Assembly (NCBI GenBank): GCA_964035575.1
Contig: OZ037843.1
Coordinates: 1,736,001-1,800,000, forward strand
Length of the DNA: 64,000 nt
Origin: Rhynchopus sp. YZ270_cl-10
Lineage: Eukaryota
Reading direction: 5' to 3'
Positions 25,961 through 36,300 of this stretch are shown piece after piece. The position numbers and the translations under genes are program-made. How positions within the stretch are numbered: the first letter of the stretch is position 1; the number at the start of each line of letters is the position of its first letter. The notes under the pieces are model-generated. The model saw only the letters and a list, made by a program, of their open reading frames with translations, did no database searches and was not told where the DNA came from.

Positions 25961-26389
25961 CAGCTCCACAGCTCCACAGCTCCACAGCTCCACAGCTCCA
26001 CAGCTCCACAGCTCCACAGCTCCACAGCTCCACAGCTCCACAGCTCCACAGCTCCACAGCTCCACAGCTCCACAGCTCCACAGCTCCACAGCTCCACAGC
26101 TCCACAGCTCCACAGCTCCACAGCTCCACAGCTCCACAGCTCCACAGCTCCACAGCTCCACAGCTCCACAGCTCCACAGCTCCACAGCTCCACAGCTCCA
26201 CAGCTCCACAGCTCCACAGCTCCACAGCTCCACAGCTCCACAGCTCCACAGCTCCACAGCTCCACAGCTCCACAGCTCCACAGCTCCACAGCTCCACAGC
26301 TCCACAGCTCCACAGCTCCACAGCTCCACAGCTCCACAGCTCCACAGCTCCACAGCTCCACAGCTCCACAGCTCCACAGCTCCACAGCT
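25961..26389. repeat. (CAGCTCCA)n 8-mer array, ~53 copies
   Basis: Perfect tandem array. Confidence 0.98.
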
Positions 26390-26410
26390 GTGGAGTGTGG
26401 TTTGACAGTG

Positions 26411-26492
26411 TGACAGGAGTGGGGTTTGAACCCACGCCTCCGAAGAGAAAGGAACTTGAGTCCTCCGCCTTAAACCTCTCGGCCATCCTGCC
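26411..26492 (-). tRNA. tRNA-Leu: tRNA-Leu(CAA)
   Basis: GGCAGGA..GAGGA CT CAA GT TCCTT, long variable arm, GTTCAAAC. Confidence 0.95.
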
Positions 26493-26509
26493 TTGCCAAC
26501 AGAATTATA

Positions 26510-26800
26510 TCCTAAAAAACCTTAGTTTTTTAGTCTTTACTATAGAGATGTGCGCCACCCACACCACACACACTACACACACACACCCACACACACCCAC
26601 ACACACACACACACACCCCCTCACCACCAGAGGGGATTTGACCAAAAAATCCTAAAAAACCTTAGTTTTTTAGTCTTTACTATAGAGATGTGCGCCACCC
26701 ACACCACACACACTACACACCCACACACAGCACACCCACACACACCCACACACACACACACACACACACCCTCACCACCAGGGGGATTTGACCAAAAAAT
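26510..26800. repeat. ~140-bp tandem duplication with CA-rich microsatellite
   Basis: CCTAAAAAACCTTAGTTTTTTAGTC at 26511 and 26651. Confidence 0.85.
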
Positions 26801-27579
26801 CGATTTTTTTAAATAAATAGTTGCTCATCCAAAAGTGAATTTTTTGGGCTTAACATGTTGTTTGGGGGTATTGAGGCCCAAAAAAAAATTTTTTTTCAGT
26901 CGTGTTCAGAAATTGGACTGCCAAATGACATGTGGCATTCGGCCAAAAATCAGCTTTTTTGGTCATTTTTACCTTGTAAAACATGACACTTGTGGCATGC
27001 TTCCCAGTACAGGAAAGTGCATTGAAAAACCTGAAAAAACACATGTAATATGTGATGGTCAAAAGTGCAAGATTCCTTCGTTAATGAACTTTTTGAGTAC
27101 CAGTTATACCTGGGGAATATGGTCAGATCACTCTTTTGACCATCTGTCATGTACCACAAAAACACCACTTTTTAACAGGGCACTTTTCACCTGAAAAGCC
27201 AGTTCATGAAGGCATGAGTGAGGTTTTTTTGTGATGCGTTACCGTGAGCGGGCGCGCGAAGCGCGCACGCGAACGCCCCGCGGGAAGCGAATAGCTGACC
27301 GCCTGCCCAGTGCGTGAGGTGCTTACAAAAAAAACCACCTGTAAAAAAAGTGTGGTCCTCATCACGTTTCCATGGAAGTGTCACACAAGAACGACAGGTT
27401 TTTTAGCCCGTCACCAAATCGATTTTTTTAAATAAATAGTTGCTCATCCAAAAGTGAATTTTTTGGGCTTAACGTGTTGTTTGGGGGTATTGAGGCCCAA
27501 AAAAAAATTTTTTTTCAGTCGTGTTCAGAAATTGGACTGCCAAATGACATGTGGCATTCGGCCAAAAATCAGCTTTTTT

Positions 27580-27581
<2 letters not shown>
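26796..27581 (+). repeat. ~620-bp repeat unit; second copy is split by the retrotransposon and resumes at 38516-38790
   Basis: 26796-26962 matches 27415-27581; sequence after 26962 matches 38527 onward, including the GCGCGCGAAGCGCGC motif. Confidence 0.85.
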
Positions 27582-27641
<60 letters not shown>

Positions 27642-27726
27642 GTGTTGTTCAACTTAGCCCTAGGCTCGCTTTTTTTATCTACATCCAGTGACAGAGGGGG
27701 TACTTACTAGTCAAGCGAGTATGTAA

Positions 27727-30700
27727 ACAGCTTACCTGGAGCCCTCCAGCCTGTTTTATGGTGGAGATACCATAAGGTCACAGCGCGGAGCTCAACAAGG
27801 AGATCCCTTGGGCCCGCTTCTCTTCTCCCTGACCATCCACCAGATGGCGCTAGAGCTGAAGGGGCACCCAGGCCTGGATGGGACTTTGTGGTACCTCGAT
27901 GACGGCTCTCTGCGGGGGTCCCCTAAGGCGGTTTTTGAGGCGTACCAGGTTCTGTGCACTCGTAGCTCCGAACTGGGGTTGGAGGTGAACGCGAACAAGT
28001 GTGAGCTCATCTCCACTGGTGGCGTCTCCAAGGAGGATCTCGAGGCCGTGGGGTTCACGTTGAACGAGGGTGGACAGGACGCCATGGGTGAAGGCGGGTT
28101 CCGGCTGTTGGATGTGGATGGGTTCGACTTCTTGGGCATCCCCATTGGGTCTGCGGCTTTCTGCGAGGAGTACATGGCCCAGAAGGTGGACGATTCCCGC
28201 CGCAACCTGGAAGCCCTTGTGGACCTCGGGGACTCCCAGGCAGCCTTCTACGTACTGAGATACTGCGAAGGCTACTGCCGCATGGTGTTCTACATGCGGG
28301 GGATCCCACAGTGCGCGGAGTACCTGACGGCCTTTGACGACCTGATCGACAGGTGCCTGGCTGCGCTTCTGCATGACCCGGATGGGGCGCTGCCGGAGTT
28401 GGCAAGGGCGCAGGCGGCGCTTCCTGTGGCGCTTGGGGGGCTGGGTATCCGTCGCACCGTGGACCATCGGACAGCTGCGTCCCTCGCCTCTCAGTCAGGG
28501 AACCTGCAACTGTCGCAGGCCTTGGACCCGGCCTTCACCTGGGATGAGGAGAGATGGAACAGCGCGGCTGAGGAGTACAACTCCAGGGTACCGGTGGCGT
28601 TTCACGTGGACAGGGCCCAGCCGAAGAAGATCCTGGAGCAGCAGAGTCTGTCATCTGCGGTGATTGACGCCCAGGCAGACAAGTTGATGCAACAGCTCTG
28701 CATGCGAGACCGAGCACGGATGAAGTCCCTTCTCCTGCCGCTTTCCGGGACGTACCTCACGGCGACACCCTCAGCAAGGAACCAGATGTCTTCAGCGGAT
28801 TTTGCGGTTGTGACCCGTTTCCGACTAGGGGTGGCCATCCATGCGGAGGGAACGACTTGCTCGGCATGTCAGGGGGGGCAGAAAAGGGTTGTCATGGACT
28901 CCTTTGGCGACCACACCTTTGGCTGCCCCTACTCCAAACACCGCGTCGCCCGCCACAACGCCTTGCGGGATTCGGTGTACCGAGCTGCTCAAGGGGCGGG
29001 CTTGGACCCTGCTTTGGAGGAGACCGTGCGAGTGGAGTTGGAGTCGAAGAAGCGGCCAGGCGACGTCTACCTCCCAGTAGGAGTGGCGGAAAATGGACCT
29101 CGTTGTTTGGACATCACCCACGTGTGCCCCACCTTGCCTTCCTACAGAACAGGGGCCTCGAAGTTTGTGGGCTGGTCGGCGAAGAACCAGGGCCAGGTCA
29201 AACGGGAGAAGCACGAGCGGGATTTGAACAAGATCAATACCAAGTTCTCCCCTATTGTGTTTGAAGCCTTCGGGGGTGCAGGCGACGAGGCGAACCTCTT
29301 GATTGCGCAGCTTGGAGGCCTGACGACGGGACAGACGTCGCACCTGACAGGGTCGGCAGAGTTGCGCATCCGGGAGAGCATTGCGGTGGCGTACCAGAAA
29401 AAGGTCGCATCTTCCTTTCTGGAGCGGGGTGCTATGTGTGTAGGGATTGCCACCCTGAAGCGGGAGCCGTGTGTGGAGGTAGATGTGGCACCGTCTGCAG
29501 AGGACATGGACCGGTTTGGACGCCGCAGTGCAGGGGCCGTGGAACCTCTCTGTGACGATGCGAACCCTGACGACGATATGAGTCGTCCTGCAGACCGAAC
29601 GGAGGAGCAGCAGGGGAAGCGCAAGAGGGACGTGAAGCCGGACCACGTGGAGCCACCGAGGAAGCGGACCGGGAGGTTCGATTCGGCCACCGTGATTCCG
29701 GAAGGGCCTGGTCTCGATGTGGTGCGTGAGTGGGAGTTTTTGCGTGAGTGCCCGGCAGCGCAGAGGCCTCGGGCGACGGAGCAGGCGGCCAAGCTGGGAG
29801 CCTCGAAGGTGACTTGGTCGTTTGTGGCGGGGGACTGTGCTTTTGAGGCTTTGCTCTTCGCCACCGGGCGCACGGATTTGACGGTGGAGGGTCTGCGCCA
29901 GGCGGCAGTGAAGAAGGTCCAGGGCCGCGCTGATCTGTCGAGTGCGGCTGTCCCTAATTTTGGGGTCTGGCAGCGGCTGATGACGAGTGGGGACAGAGGA
30001 GACGAGCGTACGTGGGCGGATGCCATTGCAGTGGCGGGGGCAGGGGAGGCTCTTGAGGTATCTGTGGTCATCCTCAACGAGTTCGCCCGCCCTTCTCTGA
30101 TGGTGCCAAGAAAACGGCCTAAGGCAGTGGTCCTTCTCCTCCACTCGGGTGACCAGGATGCGGCAGATGGATCCGGCAGTATCCCGGGACACTACGAGCC
30201 CCTCACCATGGACCCGGCTCTGCAGCAGCACATCCTGTCTTTTGAGGCCACAGGTGGTAAGGGGGAGTGCCAGTCAGAGCGCCCCATGGCTTTTGTGGGA
30301 GCGAGGGAGGCGGAGGCGTCGAACACTTTCCTGCAGTGCGAACAATGCAGCAAGCTCTTCGATGCGTCGGACGCACACTTCTGCTGTCACACGTGTGGTG
30401 GCTTGGCATGTCTGCACTGCGCTCAGGGGTCCAAGCACTGCCCTCTGTCGCAAATTGGCAGGGCGGAATATTTCAGTGCCCTGTCTTTTTTGCACTCGAA
30501 TGTTCCGGCTCAGGCTGCCTCTGCGGAGGGGAGCGGAGACCCACCACCTAAACGGGCTCCTTCTCCAGCAGTGCCAGCTCCCGAGGGCGAGGACGTCGAG
30601 GAGGTAGACATGCCAATGGCGGGCGAAGAGGGGCAGCAGGCAGAACAGAAGCAGCAGAAGCACGAGAAGCAACGGAAACAGCACAAGCAGCAACAACAAA

Positions 30701-32445
30701 AGGCGGACCAGGAGAAGAAGGAAGCGTTGCAGCGTGCGTCGGACGCGTGGCAGCAAGCCCTGGAGGTACGGCGGGAGCATCGTCGGTCGTGGGGACCGGA
30801 TTTGGCCGCGCTTCGGGGCACTTTTGGCGACCGCCAGCAGGAGTTGAGTCGTTTCCTGGAGGAACAGAATGTGCGTCTGGACCAGGCGAAGGCGGCGGAC
30901 AGGCATCGTGTGGAGGAGCTGACCGCCAGGCACAAGCGGGAACTCGCAGAGGACGCGAAGAAGATGCATGCGCAGTACTTGGAAGACTGCGATCGGCACC
31001 CCGAAGCAGGAGAGTCGCTCCGGGCGGAGTATGACAGGCAACGCTGCGAGAGGCATTACGCCATCGCAGCTAAGCATGAGTCGGAGCAGAAGGCGACCAC
31101 TCTGTTGTTGACGGCGGTGAACCTCTCCCGACAGCTGGAGGCAGAACGCATGGTGGCATACGGGCGGTGCTTTGGGGTGGTGTGCGAAGGGCGGCTATTC
31201 CTCCCCTGCCATGCGGTGCGGAGAGCGGTGGGCGACGACCCTGAAGGACTCGAACCTGACTGTGTCGGCGACTGGATGGCTCTCTTTGGTCCTCAAGGTG
31301 CTTCTCCGTGCCCGGGCGAGTTCCTGTACTGCTGGGCGACACAGCAGCCGTGGAGTGGGAACGGGGAGGGGGACGGTGATTGCCCGGAGTCGGTGGTCGC
31401 CCGTCAGGCGGTTAGGAAGATAGCAGGGGAGGCCGGATACTGCGACACCTGGGGCAAGACCAGCGCGGTCATCGTCGTTCGGGAAGGCAGGGTCAGCTGG
31501 GGAACCCCTTCTCGGGATCAGCTGGAGGAGGAGGTGGGGCGACAGGCCGAGGCGGCAGACACCGAGGTGCGTGTGAAGGTGGAGGAGATGGATGATGATG
31601 AGCAGGAGCAGGAGGAGGACCTCGACACCGCGATGGAGGGGGCGGATCGCTCGCATCCTCTGTCAGTGGAAGGCATCCCTGACCAGAAGAAGCAAGCGAG
31701 GGTGAGGGAATTGCTGAGGGCGCAGAGCGAGGCTTGGATGTGGACGGAGGAGGAGCGGACGGAGAGGGGGGGTCTTTTCCCGTGCCTCACCATGGGGTCG
31801 CCGGTGCCTTCTTCTGTGACGAAGTGGATCTCCCTGTTCCACTACCGTCAGGGAGAGAAACAGGATGGCAGACCCTTGTTGTCACTCCCCCTCTCTACCG
31901 CTACTTTCACTCAGTGGTATGAGGTGATGAAGGTGGTGGGTTTGCATGAGTGGTCGGTTCAGGAAAAGTGCAAGGCAAAGTCGACGTTGCATGCCCTGAC
32001 GGACAACCGGAGCAGTAGGGGGCAGGCCTTTGCAGCGGAGAGTACAAGGAGGGAGAATGAGGCACGAGCGGCTCGAGAGGGAATAGGCCGACAACCTCAA
32101 GCCTCCTCTTCTTCTTCTTCTTCCTCCACCTCTGCAGGCCGTGGCACTACAACCTCCATCGCCCAACCTGCAGTCTCCACTTCTTCCTCCTCCTCATCGG
32201 CAGGCCGTGGCAATGCAACCTCCTCCGCCCAACCTGCTCCTTCCCCAGCTCCCAAAGGACCCCAGCGCCATGCAGCTCAGGGTAGGTCCAACACGTCGAA
32301 CGTGTTCACCGACGCAGTGGCACAAGCGACGCAGCATGTGCTCTCGCCCCAGGAGGTGCAGAGAGGGCGCAATGGTCGCGGTGGTGGACAGAAGGGGAGA
32401 CAGAGCGGAGGAAGGAAGGGGAAAAAGGGGAATAAAAAGAATTAG
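27727..32445 (+). CDS. C-terminal half of retrotransposon ORF (inverted): RT core, CCHC knuckle plus PD-(D/E)xK endonuclease, OTU-like domain, Cys-rich finger, coiled coil
   Basis: TAYLEPSSLFYG..GAQQGDPLGP, WYLDDG, FLGIPIG, GGLGI, CSAC..DHTFGC, RHN, RPGD..LDIT, GDCAFEAL..GHYEPL. Confidence 0.9.
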   Translation, partial: TAYLEPSSLFYGGDTIRSQRGAQQGDPLGPLLFSLTIHQMALELKGHPGLDGTLWYLDDGSLRGSPKAVFEAYQVLCTRSSELGLEVNANKCELISTGGVSKEDLEAVGFTLNEGGQDAMGEGGFRLLDVDGFDFLGIPIGSAAFCEEYMAQKVDDSRRNLEALVDLGDSQAAFYVLRYCEGYCRMVFYMRGIPQCAEYLTAFDDLIDRCLAALLHDPDGALPELARAQAALPVALGGLGIRRTVDHRTAASLASQSGNLQLSQALDPAFTWDEERWNSAAEEYNSRVPVAFHVDRAQPKKILEQQSLSSAVIDAQADKLMQQLCMRDRARMKSLLLPLSGTYLTATPSARNQMSSADFAVVTRFRLGVAIHAEGTTCSACQGGQKRVVMDSFGDHTFGCPYSKHRVARHNALRDSVYRAAQGAGLDPALEETVRVELESKKRPGDVYLPVGVAENGPRCLDITHVCPTLPSYRTGASKFVGWSAKNQGQVKREKHERDLNKINTKFSPIVFEAFGGAGDEANLLIAQLGGLTTGQTSHLTGSAELRIRESIAVAYQKKVASSFLERGAMCVGIATLKREPCVEVDVAPSAEDMDRFGRRSAGAVEPLCDDANPDDDMSRPADRTEEQQGKRKRDVKPDHVEPPRKRTGRFDSATVIPEGPGLDVVREWEFLRECPAAQRPRATEQAAKLGASKVTWSFVAGDCAFEALLFATGRTDLTVEGLRQAAVKKVQGRADLSSAAVPNFGVWQRLMTSGDRGDERTWADAIAVAGAGEALEVSVVILNEFARPSLMVPRKRPKAVVLLLHSGDQDAADGSGSIPGHYEPLTMDPALQQHILSFEATGGKGECQSERPMAFVGAREAEASNTFLQCEQCSKLFDASDAHFCCHTCGGLACLHCAQGSKHCPLSQIGRAEYFSALSFLHSNVPAQAASAEGSGDPPPKRAPSPAVPAPEGEDVEEVDMPMAGEEGQQAEQKQQKHEKQRKQHKQQQQKADQEKKEALQRASDAWQQALEVRREHRRSWGPDLAALRGTFGDRQQELSRFLEEQNVRLDQAKAADRHRVEELTARHKRELAEDAKKMHAQYLEDCDRHPEAGESLRAEYDRQRCERHYAIAAKHESEQKATTLLLTAVNLSRQLEAERMVAYGRCFGVVCEGRLFLPCHAVRRAVGDDPEGLEPDCVGDWMALFGPQGASPCPGEFLYCWATQQPWSGNGEGDGDCPESVVARQAVRKIAGEAGYCDTWGKTSAVIVVREGRVSWGTPSRDQLEEEVGRQAEAADTEVRVKVEEMDDDEQEQEEDLDTAMEGADRSHPLSVEGIPDQKKQARVRELLRAQSEAWMWTEEERTERGGLFPCLTMGSPVPSSVTKWISLFHYRQGEKQDGRPLLSLPLSTATFTQWYEVMKVVGLHEWSVQEKCKAKSTLHALTDNRSSRGQAFAAESTRRENEARAAREGIGRQPQASSSSSSSSTSAGRGTTTSIAQPAVSTSSSSSSAGRGNATSSAQPAPSPAPKGPQRHAAQGRSNTSNVFTDAVAQATQHVLSPQEVQRGRNGRGGGQKGRQSGGRKGKKGNKKN

Positions 32446-33310
32446 AGAGTTAGAGAGTTAGAGGGTGAGAGTGTGTGTGTAGAAGCGTGTAGAGAATGAC
32501 AGTTTGCCCCATGTTTATTTTTAACCCTTTTTATTTTGTGTTTTTGGTTCTTTTCATCCTTTGGGGTTTGCCCCCCCCTTTCCCCCCTTTCCGCCCCCCT
32601 TCCTATTTGTTAATATTTTTGGTTGGCTGCTGGCTAGGACGGGTCTACCCCAGCGACGGCCCTTACCCCTTGGACGAGGCTCTGAGGGTAGAGGGCAGTC
32701 TCGGAGTAAGACCTGTCTAAGAGCCAGGCCAGTGGCATCAGGAGCCATTGGGCCACTTTTATAGATTGTGCAGTAGAGTAGAGTTTGTACAGAACTCTTG
32801 TCCTTTGAGTTCCTTTTTTCACTCCTTTAGTTTTTCATTTTTACCTTGTGAAGGTCAATTTAAATTTTTCATTTTTCAAAACCACCACAGGTAAGCACGA
32901 GACCCACCATTGTTGTTGTTGATTTTGTTGTGCGTTATTGTTGTTTTCCCCTTTGGGTGTCAGTCAGTCGGGTCAGGTCACACTTACAGAAGTTCTCAAA
33001 AATTTTCACCAAAAAGAAAACTACTAAAAAGATTATGGAACTTCCTTTTTATTTGTTTGTGTGTTACAGAGGAAACGGCTCACTCAATCCCCTCCTTCTC
33101 CTCCCCTCCCCTCCCCAAGACAAAGCAAAATAAAACTACACCGGTAGACAGAGCAACCCTCCCGTCCCATCCCCTCCCCTTTTCCTTTTGGGAAAAATTG
33201 CACTCACATACTACCCTTTTGCTTATTTGCAGGGAAGTGTTGGTTGTAGTTGTCCCACATGCTTTCTATTTTAGTGCCACTAACTGTGTTTTCAGGCACT
33301 GTCTTGCCAG

Positions 33311-36300
33311 TACAATAGTGGGCCAGCTCGGGGAGGTTGGCGTCGACCGCTCTTAGCATCGACAGGCGGTCTACGCAGTTGAACGCGTTACGGTAGTCAA
33401 TTTTCAAAATGACTTTACCTTTTCCGCGGTTGCGCACGGCGTACTGCGAGATAACATCAGTCGCCACTGCCGCCCCCCTTGCCGTTGCCACCCCCACCTG
33501 GTTCCCTCGAAGAAGAAGCGTCCTAGCAGGCACCCGCACTCGCGCCGACAGAATCTTTCCCACCAGTCTGCGGAGAGTGTCCCCAACCGCAATCGGTCGC
33601 ACGTCCTCCTCCAGGCCCGGCCCCTTTGCAGGCTTCCGGAGAGCCACCAAGTTAGCGCCGGCGAAGAACTCAGCCACCTCCACTGGAGCATTTCCTCGTG
33701 CCAAAGACGTCAACACTGCGGCCAGCGCTGCCAAAGTGCCCTTAGCCCGCCTCTGTAGGCAAAGTGTACGAAGGTGCGCGCCCGTCACGTTCGAGGGACC
33801 CGCCGCCGATGACTTCGGCATGCTCCGCAGGGCCTTCATCACCTCCACCACTGTCACCGGTGGGACCTCCTGAGGCTGGGGCCAATCCGCCTGCTCCAGG
33901 GCCTTGGAGTCGGCAGCGGCTGGGTGCTTCGTCTGAAGCTTTTCCAGCGTCGCCGGTGTCTGTGGGGCGAGGCCGTCGCTGGTAGCGCAAGACATGGCCT
34001 GGCTCGGGAGTCCTGCTCTCGCTTTGGCGATGGTGCGCTTCCGTCTCCCTTCGTCAGTGTCCTCATCCGACCACCCAGAGGGCCTTGGCTTCCGCTCCTC
34101 TACCGTTTGCTCCCACAGGGCGACATACTGGCCAGCCTTCCAAGCCTCCAAGTCCTTCCCCCAGGTGCTCGTCAAACGTCGCTCCTGGTCCTTGCCCCCT
34201 CGTTCTGTCCGTGTCCGGTGCAACACAGTGAAGAACAGTGCAAGGCGCTTCCATGCCACCTCGTCTTGGTACTCAAGGATGTCCATAAGAACCCTCAGGA
34301 AGAGCTCGCTGTACAGCTGCAGGTGTTTGTCTGGGCACCCGCCCTTCAGCTGGATCCTGGTGGTCCCCATGACTTCAAAGGAGGGGAGGTCATCCTGATC
34401 TGTCAGCATTCCTCGACTGGAGGGAGACGGAGCGGTGAAGCCTTCTTCGCCAAAGTGCACCGTACAGGTGTTGCAGACCTCCTTGCTCTGCGGCAATAGC
34501 ATGTCGCACTGATCGTTCGCACAGCGCGACATGCCCAAGTGGCCCAACAGTTCGTCGGGGATGTACGCCCCATCCGCCTGGTGGCGACGCATGTGCTGCA
34601 GCAAGCCCTTACGAGACAGGCCCCCGACCGCATCACTCGAAGACAAAATTCCCGCTCTGCATCCATCAAAGGGGCAGAACACCCGATCCGCATTGATGTG
34701 TCCCAGCTTGGTAGCCAGGGGGGCGGTGGTGGTGGTGTTGGTGGGGATGATGCCATCCAAATGCGCTGTGTCCAGCACTGCCTGCCGAGCCTCCTTCCTC
34801 ATCTTCTCTGCCATCCCCTCCTTGGTCTTCCCCACCTCCGGGACAAGCTCCACTGCCTCAAAGTGAGAGTCACAGAGAGCGATGACGACCGTGGGAAGTT
34901 TCGCTTGGAAGCTCTCCGCGTACGACTTGGCGACTCTTTTGCTACCAGGGGTGATGCGCACGAGGGGGTTCTCTTCCGACGCCTGCACCACCACGATGTT
35001 GATGCGGGATGCTGTCGCGGTGAGCTGAAGCCCCAAGTGGTTGAGGTGGGCCTCGCCGGTCACACCATTGGCAAACTCCGTCATGGCCTCCTGCGACCCC
35101 AGCACCTGCACCAGGCGGTTCGACACCTCCACTGCTGTGTCATACAGCTGCTTGCGCATTGCCCTCACGTCCGGCTGCGTGTCGTGGTCCCAGAGGTGTA
35201 GTGCCACATAACCACAATCATTAGTAGACACGTTGGGGATGCGTTTAGCTCCAAACTTCGCCAGAGTCGCGTCCACAGACACCGCCTGCTCTGTATACGC
35301 AGGAGCGTTCACGTTTGCGCACCCACCGGTCAACGCAAACGGGGACAAGCTTACCGGGTGCTCCGGATCAGCAGGGGCAGGGCGCAGGTCCCAGGGCGTC
35401 ACCGCTCGCCACAACAACGACAGCAAGACCAGTAGGGACACCGCCAGCATGCCAAATGCCATCCCGATCCTACGAGTCCACCTGCGTGCTGCCACACGGC
35501 GCACCTCCAAGAGAAGAACCCAGCCAAGTGGGCGCGCGACGCCGACCAGTGCCACAAAACCCGCCAAACAACCACCTGCGGACCATGCAACCCACACCCA
35601 CTCGGCTGCACGCACCGACAACTGACCCACCCCCATCACACTGGCTCTCACCAAGCTGGCAGCCACTCGGATCCCTCCGGTCCATCGGTGCACTCGCTCG
35701 CTCGCCCCTTCCAGCCACCGCCACCCCCTGCGTGCGCGGCACAGTCCCCGCAGCAGACCCACCCCCAGCACCTCCGCGTCCCGAAACAGCGCACAACCCA
35801 AAGCATGTGGCGCTGACCTCCCAAGCTCAGACCCCACAAAAACCAGAACCCAGATGGCCACACACTGCAAAGCACCTCTCAACGCATCGGCGACCCTGAT
35901 CCTGCGGAAAACTGGGTGCGCTGCCGGGGAGGGCGGACGATTGCAGGGCGCCTTGCGCCGACGGAGCCTGCCCGCCTGTGACTTGGTCCAGTTCAAGGAC
36001 CGGTGTCCTCGTCGCGTCCTCCTGGTCCTCCTGCCCACCAGCCACAAAATGAGATGACTGAGGGTAGGGGCGCGTCTGTCCTTCCACAGATCCAGGACCG
36101 CGAACGACACAAACACTCCCCACTCAGGTGCCTCGGCTACCCAGCAGGGGTCAGGCTGACGCAAGGAGGTGAAGACCTCCCAGAGGTTGCACCACCAGTC
36201 GAACCAAAACTCTATCTGTACACACCCCTTTTGCCACACCCGCATCATCACACAGCCACTCTGTCCTTCTCGCCCCGCAAGGCTGACCCCGAACACCAGC

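Noticed and set aside
25730..26655. Long ORFs over 8-mer arrays (also 56455-57303 and 62349-63126)
   Set aside because: Stop-free only because of the repeat unit
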